Source: Naegleria gruberi
Lineage: Eukaryota
Length of the DNA stretch: 64,000 bases
Assembly: GCA_000004985.1 (NCBI GenBank)
Contig: GG738882.1
Strand: one strand, 5' to 3'
Part shown: positions 1-10,600 of the stretch, piece after piece
Layout of the letters: the number at the start of each line of letters is the position of its first letter
Position numbering within the stretch: position 1 is the stretch's first letter
Translations under genes and position numbers: made by a program
Notes under the pieces: model-generated
Told to the model about the DNA's origin: nothing
What the model saw: the letters and a program-made list of their open reading frames with translations, nothing else
The model's database searches: none

Positions 1-420
1 CGTAAACGTTTGTTGGGAAAAAAATTTCAAATTTACAGGTAAATTAACGCTAAATTTTATCGTAAATTATTGACGATTTTTCAATAATGTTTAACGTTAA
101 ATATTATTGAAAAATTGTTATCAAAAAACGTTAATCATTAGCGAAAAATCGTCAATATTTCACAATAAAATTTGACTCATAATTGTCATCAATCATTAAC
201 GAAAAACTGTTAATGATTTACACACAACTCTAATAAAATTCCAAGTCGAGTTGTCGTCAATCCAAGTTCCGAAATTCCGACTAAATCCATCTGAAAAAAA
301 ATATACTCACTCACTTCCTGCTTCCAACTAAAAGCGTTCACTTCCTCTCATCTAATTCATCAGAAATGAAACACCAACAAGCTACTTACCATTAAATTAT
401 TCATCATTATCCAATAAATC

Positions 421-700
421 TATTGCATTTAAATTGAATAACTGTAAATAAATTAAATAAATTAAACAAATTACCATTAAATTATTGTAATACTCGTGAC
501 TCACTCGATTGAATTAAAATCTTCATCAAATCAACCTCTGCAAATACCATTGCTGATTAATTAAACTGTTGAATATCAATTAATATTATTGTATTTAAAT
601 TGAATAATTGTAAATAAATTAAACAAATTAAACAAATTACCATTAAATTATTGTAGTACTCCGACTCACCTATTGCATTAAAATCTTCATCAAATCAACC
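421..700. repeat. Two diverged direct copies of a ~110-bp AT-rich unit in intergenic DNA
   Basis: The copy at ~421-530 ('attgcatttaaattgaataactgtaaataaattaaataaattaaacaaattaccattaaattattgtaatactcgtgactcac') recurs at ~585-700 ('attgtatttaaattgaataattgtaaataaattaaacaaattaaacaaattaccattaaattattgtagtactccgactcacc'). Both copies are followed by 'tcttcatcaaatcaacct'. Confidence 0.7.
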
Positions 701-929
701 TACATAAATAAATTAAATAACAAATTACCATTACTTTGGGCCCTCTTTACATTCAATTTTACATAATAACAATTACCAACACAATTACATGAAGAAACTA
801 AAATGATGATGAATTCAGAGTGAATAATCTAATAAAACAACTAACCGAAATTGTTGCAAGGAAGTTAAAATGTGTGTCTTCCCATTTTTTTTATTAAATT
901 AAATTCCGAAAGGACGTGATTGTTTACAA

Positions 930-1196
930 TTAATTATCAGAATCAGTAGAACTGTTTGAATCTGTTGAAATTTCCTCTCTAACTCTCTTCTTACTGTTGT
1001 TCTTTTCATTCTTCTTCTTTGATTCATTATCACCTTTCTTCGATTTCTTCTTAGAGATCTCTTCAACTTCATTTACAGTGGATTCACTATTTGAATTCTC
1101 ACCCTCCAATTTTGCTTTAGCTTTGCTCTTGATTGTTCTAAAAACATTCTTGTACTTGGTAAGCTTGTTCTTATTTCTCTCAATACTTTTGCCCAT
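930..1196 (-). CDS. Small lysine/serine-rich basic hypothetical protein (88 aa)
   Basis: The ORF-track ORF reads 'MGKSIERNKNKLTKYKNVFRTIKSKAKAKLEGENSNSES...'. There are no recognisable motifs. The low-complexity charged composition could be spurious. Confidence 0.3.
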   Translation of the reverse strand: MGKSIERNKNKLTKYKNVFRTIKSKAKAKLEGENSNSESTVNEVEEISKKKSKKGDNESKKKNEKNNSKKRVREEISTDSNSSTDSDN

Positions 1197-2056
1197 ACAT
1201 TCGAAAATAATCTTGAATAACGTAATGTTGAATAGTCAAGTGCGATAATCGGATGATATCTTGATTTTGGACTTTGGTGAACCAGCTTAGGTATTATCTG
1301 AATCTGAATCCGAATCTGATCAGGGCATGAAATCAAAATCTCCAATTTTAAATCAAGATTGAAAGGCAACTCTCTCAAATTTGTTGCTATGATAAAGAAC
1401 TGGAATCATGGCCATCCTTCTCCAAAAAGGCAGAATTCATTGCTAAAGGGCAGTACAATCAACAGCATTTTACAAGTTCAGTTCACAGAAAATTTGGAGG
1501 TGCCTTCTTTACGGAAACAAATCTTGCTAATCCTTTAACACCTGCAGAACAAGTTCAATAGAATCCATTACGTATTAAGATACGTGTCAATTATGTGATT
1601 TTCTTGATCTGAATGAACCCTTAAATTCAGGACAATGTATTGCTGGCAACTATGTAGTGAGTAAGAAACGAGATGCTTTGATACAAAAACAAAGAAGGTT
1701 TGTCAGGTTGAGTCCTTTTCTAATGACTTTTATTCAATACAGCTTGCTATTGAAGATCCAAAACGTATCATTGAGATATCAAGGAAAAAAGGTTCCGTGT
1801 GTTATTCTTGACCCTTCCAAACAGGCCTAACAAGTATATTCCAGTTCATTACAACAATCAATACATTTAATATATGACTTGATTAATTTCAAGACTTGGC
1901 GAAATTTCAAATAGTTTCGAAAAAATTTACAAGTCGAGCTTGGGCAATTCTACATTTCGCTCACATCGCAAAAATCCATTAACAAAAAATCGTTAACAGT
2001 CAAGCCAGCATTTGCGAAAAGGGTTTAGCGGGATAATCGGAACTCAAACGAAAAAA

Positions 2057-3127
2057 ATGGAAAAACACTCAACACAACATTTATCGGAATCATTGGAAAC
2101 AAGGAAGAAACAAGATTTTAATGATGATACAATTTATGAAATTTTGTCTTTTTTTAATGATTTTAAATTTATTGTAATGAATTGTGCATTGGTGTCCAAG
2201 CAGTGGTTGAATGTTGTTTTATCATCATGTCGTCATCTTTCATTGGAATGTGGAAGAAAAGTCGAACTGAATGGCCAATTTTTACAAAATATTGCAACTC
2301 TAGAGATTAATACCACTTTTGATAATTACAAAAAACTTGTCTTGATGAAATCACTAACTGAACTTATTGGTTGTAACAATAATATTGGTAATGAAGGAGC
2401 TAAATATATTAGCAAATTGAAACAATTAACTCATCTTTATATTCTTAACAACGAAATTGATGATGAAGGAGCAAAATATATAAGTGAATTGAACCAATTG
2501 GTCAGTCTTGATATTTCTTACAATAATATTGGTGTTGAAGGTGCTAAATACATCAGTGAATTGAAACAATTGACCAATCTTGATATCTCTGTCAATCACA
2601 TTGGTGCTGAAGGAGCTCAACACATAGCAGAAATGAATCAATTAACCATTCTTAATATTTCCACCAATAATATTGGCTATGAAGGAGCTAAATATATTGG
2701 CAAATTGAAACAATTGACATGTCTTACTATTTTTAACAACAATATTGATGTTGAAGGAGCTAAATACATTAGTGAAATGAAACAATTGACCGATCTTAAT
2801 ATTTCTTACAATAATATTGATGTTGAAGGAGCTAAATACATTAGCGAATTGAAACAATTGACCGATCTCGATATTTCTATCAATCAAATTGGTGCTAAAG
2901 GAGTTCAATACATAGCGGAAATGAATCAATTAACCATTCTTTCTGCTTCTCACAATAATATTGGTGATGAAGGAGCTAAATACATTAGTGAAATGAAACA
3001 ATTGACCAATCTTGATATTTCCAACAATAGCATTAGCAATGAAGGAGTAAAATGTATAGAGGAAATGAAACACTTAACAGTTCTAAATATACGTCAGCCA
3101 GTCATGTTTAGTTTTAAAATAGCCTGA
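2057..3127 (+). CDS. F-box-like / RNI-type leucine-rich-repeat protein (about 11 x 24-aa LRRs)
   Basis: First ATG is at 2057 (MEKHSTQH...). The N-terminus has an F-box-like segment, 'IYEILSFFNDFKFIVMNCALVSKQWLNVV'. It is followed by 11 near-identical repeats 'N(N/H)IGxEGAKYISELKQLTxLDIS', a 72-bp DNA periodicity across ~2380-3060. Stop is at 3125-3127. Confidence 0.8.
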   Translation: MEKHSTQHLSESLETRKKQDFNDDTIYEILSFFNDFKFIVMNCALVSKQWLNVVLSSCRHLSLECGRKVELNGQFLQNIATLEINTTFDNYKKLVLMKSLTELIGCNNNIGNEGAKYISKLKQLTHLYILNNEIDDEGAKYISELNQLVSLDISYNNIGVEGAKYISELKQLTNLDISVNHIGAEGAQHIAEMNQLTILNISTNNIGYEGAKYIGKLKQLTCLTIFNNNIDVEGAKYISEMKQLTDLNISYNNIDVEGAKYISELKQLTDLDISINQIGAKGVQYIAEMNQLTILSASHNNIGDEGAKYISEMKQLTNLDISNNSISNEGVKCIEEMKHLTVLNIRQPVMFSFKIA

Positions 3128-3522
3128 AACTGGCCAAGTTGACTTCTAATGATATATAATAACACCACATAAAATTAACAGTACGCGACAGTCTATATAA
3201 AACTACTATTCATGAATTGTAATGTTTTCAAACGGTATTTCACGAGATAATAATCAATGTGCCATTATGAAAAATTACAATTTTAATTACAACAGCTTAA
3301 AAACAACATTTTCTGAATTATTTCACATGGTAATCTATTTTTCGCTGTTGATTACTAAATCTGAATCCTTACTTTAAAAAATGTCAAAACCTTGAAGTAG
3401 GTAAGGTCTTGCTCCTCTAAGTAAAATGCAATCCATTGGCGTTCCATTTCGAATGAAATCTCATAGCACACGACGTAATCTTTAACACAACAAATCCAAA
3501 AATAATCACAAAAAATTGGCCA

Positions 3523-6500
3523 ATGACACGACTCATCCATCAACCTGCTCTGACATGGAGGTTCCAACATCTCCTTCTCCTTTTGTTGTTGCTCAGCTTC
3601 ATTCTACTAGCACATCAGCAAGCAGAAGAAGAATTTCTTGATATTTTCCTTGAATATAGAAACGGAAAGGATTCTCCATCATGTTCTTCATTGCTTCATC
3701 CATGTAGAAGTATTGATTATGCTCTCGATTTATTATCATCATCAAATAATACCAATATTCGAATTAATTTATTGGATGATTATGTTCCTTGTGATTGGAA
3801 ATTTAAAAATTCAAATATTACAAAATTGTTAATATCTTCATCGAATAAGAGAAGTTTTAGTTGTTCTATTGGAGTAGAGGCGACGATTGTGCCATTTGTC
3901 AGATTTCAAAATTTGAATTTGAGGCTTTCAGGAGTTTTTAAAGGAAGTGAATTAGAGGTTGTCGATTGTTTGCTTTATTATTTTTATGCTATATATAATG
4001 GTAGTTTGACTCTGGATAATGTTACTGTTGGAAGTGAATTTATATTGAATGCTTTGCAACAGTCAACTGTATTGACTAGTTCAGAAACTATTGAAAAATG
4101 GGGAACAAAGATACATATTAATTCTGGTGCTATTGAAAAAAGAGAGGGTAAGATTTTGATTAGGAATTCTAGATTTATGGGAGTGGCTATGAGTGCACTT
4201 TACTATTGGGATGGTAATTTGCAAATTGAGAATTGTTCATTTGATTATTCTTTAATTCAATTCGAGTCTGGCCAAATCTATGCAACAGGAAATAATGACC
4301 TTGGAAGACCTGATTTTGTAGTTAGTAGATCTAATTTCTCAAAATCATCTTTTCAATTCGTTGAAGCCAAAAGTGTTACCATTTCGAATAGTCTTTTCAC
4401 CAACAATCTTCCAACTCATATTGGAAAGGTATTTGCAACCTTTAACGCTAAAACAGAATATCCTGCCCTGTATTTATCATCTCTATCTATTCTCAATGTA
4501 AAGATTGATGAAAGCAAATTTACAGGATGTGACATTGTTGGAGCTTTATATTTGGAAGGTGTAGGAATTTATGCAAATATTCAAAATACAATATTTAGTG
4601 GAAACTCAAACAGAAGGGGAGGATCTGCAATAACTGTAAAAGATATTTACAAGTTACATGTTCGTGCAACATTATTCGAAAACAATAATCAGTTATTCGA
4701 ATCGAACAATCTAAAACCAGATGAAGGTGTGGGTGGTGGTTCTATTTTTCAATATCAATCCATGCTTCAGGTTGTTCGGTGCTATTTTTTTAATAATTCA
4801 GCATTAATAGGTGGTGCTATTTTTTCTCAATACGCAAAACAATTTCAATCTTCAAGCAATGTGAGTATTACCAAGTTTTAATTGAAAATTCTAATGCCCA
4901 AAGATGTTTGAAAATAATACAGCTGTTTATGGAGGTGCCTATGCTGCCATTGATTCATTATATACAACAAATATAAAGCTGGAATATTCTTATTTTAATT
5001 GGAATAAGGCCAGCAAATATGGTGGTGCGATTTTCACACTGAAATCTTCACTTTTTTTAGGGCTAGAAAGTTCAGTTTCTGAAAATTATGCTTCCATATT
5101 GGGAGGTGGATTATATACTATTGGAACTAGATCTACAACAACAGGCAATGCCTACTCGAATAACTATTGTGGAAATGGAACACTTTCAAATTATGCATCC
5201 TTTCCAGAGTTTATTTCTTTAACAATTCCAGAAAAACAATTGAATTACACTAATCATATGGGAAATACTAGTATTCCACAATTCGAAATATCATTCGGTG
5301 AGAAAGTTACCCTAAATATTGATATATTTGATCAAATAATTGATCCAACTGTCAATTCATTGACAGAATATGATATTGAAGTCTTTGTCTCAAATAGTAA
5401 CCATGTAGTAGAGTTTCAGAAAATTTCTTCCAATGTTTTGAATGGAATTCTATATTCCAGATCTGAAAAGGAACTATCTGATAGAAATTCCACTTTAACC
5501 TTTACGATCAAAACAACATTATTTACTAAAGAAAGTTATTCTTCAAGTATTTCCATTCCAATTAGAGCAACTCGGTGTAGACCTTGGTTTAGTTTGCAAC
5601 GTGAACAAAAGATTGTAAAAGGAGATTTTGCATATTCATGCCAATTTAACACTCCTCTTATTATTCCATTTATATTTATTGCTTTCTTTATCATTAGTTG
5701 TTTGGCTTGCATTGTAATCACATTTGGTTGTGTTAAATTTCAAGGAATGAGGAGTAAGATTAAAATTCTCCATAAGAAAGAACAAGCAGAAGTGGAATTA
5801 ACTCAAAAATTGTTAGATTTGCAATCTCTGTATGCTTCAGAATTGGAGAGTAAACACTCAATCAAGAATTGGTTAATCAAGCTTGAAGATATTAAGGTTA
5901 TAAAGAAAATTGGAGAAGGAGGCATGGGTGTTGTCTATTTAGCATAGTAAGTTTTAGTATTTCATTTAAAGAGTGATTTCTGACATATCAAAGTTGGAAG
6001 AATGTTGAAGTTGCTTTGAAGAGTATCAAAATAGACGATGATGAAATGGATACTACTGAATTTGAACATGAATCTTCAATGCTTTCATCAATGAGACATC
6101 CAAATATTGTAAACTTTTATGGAGTTGTTCTTTCTGAACAATCCAAATTTATGGTAACTGAATATATGAATGGAGGTTGTTTGGAAAAGTTGATATACGA
6201 ATGTAAAATGAAGAAGAAGCATCTCACTTTGAAACAAAAAATTTCAATTCTTATTGGAATTTCAAATGGAATGAGTTATTTACATGGAGGAAAGGATAAT
6301 TGTATGATTATTCATAGGTGAGTTATTGAAAATGTAAATTATACTAATAGAAGTGATTCAGAGATTTAAAACCTGGAAATATTTTACTTTCTAATGATTT
6401 ATCACCAAAAGTTTGCGATTTTGGATTATCAAAACTTTCCAATGAGAGTTCAAACACTACCAAAACAGGACACGTTGGCACATTGCTTTTCATGAGTCCA

Positions 6501-6992
6501 GAAATTCTATTAGGTAAACATTACAATGAAAAATCAGATGTCTATAGTTTTGCAATCATCATGTGGCAATTAATGTTTGATGAGAATTTATTATTCCAAC
6601 ACAATTATGGAACTAATCAAAAGTTTTCCACAATCATGTCAAAACAGGAAATTGACACATTTGCTCAACTTGCCAATCAGACTTCTCTCCTACTAGTTCC
6701 AAAACTAATATCTGAAGGATTACGTTTGCCTCTTCCTACATTGCCAATTAATTCTCATTCACAAATAATGAAAATGTGGATTAGAGAATATTTCGTTATG
6801 GATGATTTGAAATATTCGAATCAAAATATGAGAATGAGTATTGCACAAGTCGATCCATTTGATAAGTATTTAACAGCTCTTAATTCAGTATTTTCATTGA
6901 TAAGCTCTTCGTGGCGTGAAGATTTTGAAAAAAGACCTTCATTTACAAATCTTGCTGAAGAATTATTAGAGATTAGAAATAAATTAGATTAA
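3523..6992 (+). CDS. Receptor-like protein kinase (TKL-like) with a parallel beta-helix-type ectodomain; 4 exons
   Basis: Exons are 3523..4860, 4904..5946, 5994..6317 and 6362..6992, derived by hand. Donors are GTGAGT(4861), GTAAGT(5947) and GTGAGT(6318). Acceptors are caaAG|(4903), caaAG|(5993) and tcAG|(6361). Introns are 43, 47 and 44 nt, and the frames join. The protein has a signal peptide (MTRLIHQPALTWRFQHLLLLLLLLSFILLA). The ectodomain carries repeated 'GGAIF/GGGLY/NxxxxGGAxY' motifs. The TM helix is 'LIIPFIFIAFFIISCLACIVITFGCV'. The kinase domain spans the introns: G-loop 'IGEGGMGVVYLAY|WKNVEVALK' (VAIK-like Lys), 'HRDLKPGNILLS', 'VCDFGLSK' and 'GTLLFMSPE'. Confidence 0.8.
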
Positions 6993-7312
6993 ATGTTGTT
7001 CTATCAAAGATTCCTTATGAGTAGAATGTTCAGACAAACAACACTCAATACTTTTCCACCAAATCCAACACTAGCAACGAATTATACCTTTCCAGCAGAG
7101 AAATTTACTTGACAGGTTCAGTACCTGATCTCCAAAATGCAATGACAACAATATGGGAATGAATATCTATTCGAAAGAGAATTTGCCTCAACAGAATTGG
7201 CAAATCTTTTCAATCATAGTGGAAATATCGACGAAGCCTTGTTAATATTGGAAGCAAGCTTACAAAGATGAAAAAGCACAAGATTAGAACTTGACAAAAA
7301 GTAAAATGAACC

Positions 7313-7384
7313 CTCCCGTGCCGGGAATTGAACCCGGATCTCCTGGGTGAGAGCCAGGTATCTTAGCCATTGGACCACACGGGA
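7313..7384 (-). tRNA. tRNA-Glu (anticodon CUC)
   Basis: Reverse complement: TCCCGTGTGGTCCAATGGCTAAGATACCTGGCTCTCACCCAGGAGATCCGGGTTCAATTCCCGGCACGGGAG. The acceptor stem TCCCGTG/CACGGGA and T8 are present. The anticodon stem is CCTGG/CCAGG with loop CTCTCAC, giving U33, anticodon CTC and A37. The T-arm is CCGGG-TTCAATT-CCCGG. It is very similar to canonical eukaryotic tRNA-Glu(CUC). Confidence 0.9.
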
Positions 7385-7618
7385 TTCTTGTGTATTTTCA
7401 AAAATTGTTTATGTATGAGGGAAACAACAGTTACATTTTGTTATATTAGTGTATTTATTATTTATTAACTATTAATACTCTTACCCAAACAAGACACCAG
7501 CGAGTTTAGCTTGCAAGGGTAGAGACCAAAAGTGAGTACCAAAACTTTTCATCAATCTTGTTCGCGCCAATGATAACCAGTACCACAAAACCAAACAAAA
7601 AAATGGATTAAAGCAATT

Positions 7619-10600
7619 TTATTTAAACTTGATTTTCTGAAGCATCTCCTTCATCAACCGTATCAACATTACCACTATTATCATTATCATCTGCACTAAC
7701 AACTTGGTCAGCAGATTTTTCATCCTTTGATTCTTCTTCAACCACTTGCTTTTCATTGTTTTCAATTTTGTAGTGGCGGATTCTTCCAATTCAATTTCAT
7801 CAGAAGTGATAATATTTTCGGCTGGTTTTTCAATTTCTGGAGGAGAAACTATTGTTGGTACTTCTTCAACTGGTTGTTCAATAGTAACCAAAGGCTCGGA
7901 AGAAGGTTCAAGTGTAGTTTCTTGTGGTTGTTGATCATCTAAAGTAGGGGTTACCTCTTCCATTTCAATATCCTTAGCAGCTTGCTCTGCAACTACTTCT
8001 TTAATTAGTTTATCTTCTTTCTTCTTTCGTATAGCAACTATTACAACTACACCAGCAGTGGCTATTAAAACAAGTACCACCAAAGTAACTGATACACCAA
8101 TAGCAACGTCATCATTCATTATAGCAATTAAGCCACTTGATTTTGTTGGATGACTAATTGTGCTTGTATCTGTATTTGGAATTGAGCTGTGATTTGGATT
8201 GACAGTAGAATTAGTAGGTGAGGTAGTATTTGTAGTTGAAGTATTATTACTAACTGTGGTAGTATTGGTGACAGAGGTATTATTGCTAACTGTTGTGGTA
8301 TTAGTAACTGTTGTAGTATTAGTGACAGAAGTGGTATTAGTAATCTCAGTTGTGTTCTTAACTTGTTCAACAGTATCTTGTTCAACAGTGGAGAACAAAC
8401 CAATAGTGAAAGTACCAGTACGTTTAACTTGAACAGAGAATGTACTTGTATCATTTGAGGCAATAGTACAATCAGATGATTCAACATAGGTAGTTCCATT
8501 CAATTCCATACACTTATAGGATTGGACAATCTTTCTAGTTTGTGGAGTTCTTTCAATTGACAATGTAGCCAAAGTTTCATTTGAGACAATATTCAATGAA
8601 TTTGTGGAATCGAAAACGTAGAATTCAAATGATTTAGAGGCAGCTGTAAGATTGTAACCTGATGTTGGTGTAGAAACCTTCATATAAAGCTTGACATTTT
8701 CAATTTCAGCTAGTTCAGGAAGTGAAGTAACTGCTTCATTAATCTTGAATGAGGATTTATCATTGACAAATTCATTCAATCCAGAGAGAGTAGGAACACT
8801 GACTAATCTGGCATAAGAATAAGATCCAATACCTTCACCTCTAATAGCAGGCATGTCAGAAACAACATTCTTAATTTCACATTCAACCAAATTGGCGAAA
8901 ACATTATCTAACTTGGCCAAATCACTTGTTGTAAGTTTACGAGACTTGGTTGATCTAAGCCTCATCAAATTACGAGCTTGAGAAAGTGAGGAAGTTACAC
9001 GACTTTCTAAAACACCTGCTGAACCCTTGGTAGAATCAATTTGATCGGCTCCCATCTTTACAGAACCACTTGAAGAAGCTCCTGAAATTGTATTATCCAA
9101 ATTATCGACAACCTTTGAAACAGTGTCATCATTCAAAGTACCAACACAACCACTGATGGATGAAATTACGGAAATCTTTGAATTGGTGGATTCAGTGCTT
9201 TGTTCAGTGAGAGATTCCTCAGTAGATGTTTGATCAAAGTATTTGTTAACAAAGTTAGAAGCAGCTTCTTGGAATTGTTGAGCTTGCTCAGCATTTGTTG
9301 GAGAAACAGAACCAATAACACTCATGACAGATGCCATTGATGAAACAGAGACAGATCCTTGATCAGAAGAGAGTGTATCGAGAGCACTGATAGCATCTGG
9401 AAGAGAGACAACTACTTGTTGAGTTGTTTCTGATGCAGCACCCATAGAGTCATAGACAATGACCTTAATATCCAATTCACCAGCTGGGAGTGTAACAGAG
9501 ATTGACTTGGTTTCTGACTTTTGTGAGAGAATATTCCATGTAGAATCGTTTTGTTTCTTATATTGGAATTCGTAGAAGAGTGGTGATTGTGGATCAGACC
9601 AACCATTACCACATTTAATCTTGAATTCATCCTTCAATGCAACACCTGTGGATGGAGAAACTTCAAATTCACCCAAAGTTGGAGGAGAGTTAACAGTGAA
9701 TTGAATAGAGGCAGAACCCTTCTTCTTACCATCTACAATTGTAACATCAACCTTATAAGTAGCACCAGGAGCAAGTAGAGATTTTGGAATTGTGATATAC
9801 TTCTTGGAAACAACAATTGAAGAATCAAATTCCATATCTGATGATGACCATGTGAAAACTCTTTGATTTGTCAAACTATCCAATACAGAAGTTTGCAAGA
9901 CCAAATCAACAGATGGATCTAATGAGGTTAAATCTGTATCTTTTGGTGGTTGAATTTGGACACGAATCAATCTAGATTTTGGTTCATCCAAGATTGTTAT
10001 TTGGAGAGAAGCTTGAGCCTTTCTTGTTCCTTTAACAAAGCTAGCTGTGAAGAGATACAAACCAGGTTCCATTTGATTGACAAACTGAAGACTTGTTTGA
10101 TCAATATTATTTTCATTAGCTTGGAAACCATTACACATTTCTGCTGTATCAGTATTCATACATGTCAATGAGACAATACCATCAGTTGAGCTTGGAGCAC
10201 TTGGATCAGACTTGTAGACAGAGAATTTAACATCGTTTTCAAATGATTGAGACAAGTCTTTAACACTGAATGCAACCTTCAATGGTAATGCCTTTGCAAC
10301 AACCTTGAAATGAACAACAGTGTCTGAGGCACCTTCTTGAGAAACAGTCAAGACAAAGTAGTAATCACCTTCTTCAGTAATCTTGGTAAAGTCATTACCA
10401 AATACTAACAATTCATTTTGAGTCTTAATTTCAACAGCAGTTTGAGGATAGCCAGGATCTTGTTGATAATTGTAAGTGATTGGACCTGTACCCTTATAAC
10501 ATTTTGGAGTCGAAATCATTGGAGTAATGACAGCCTTGCTACCAATTGTGAATGTAGATTCAAGACCATCCTTAAGTGTAACAAATGGTGCAGTATTTTC

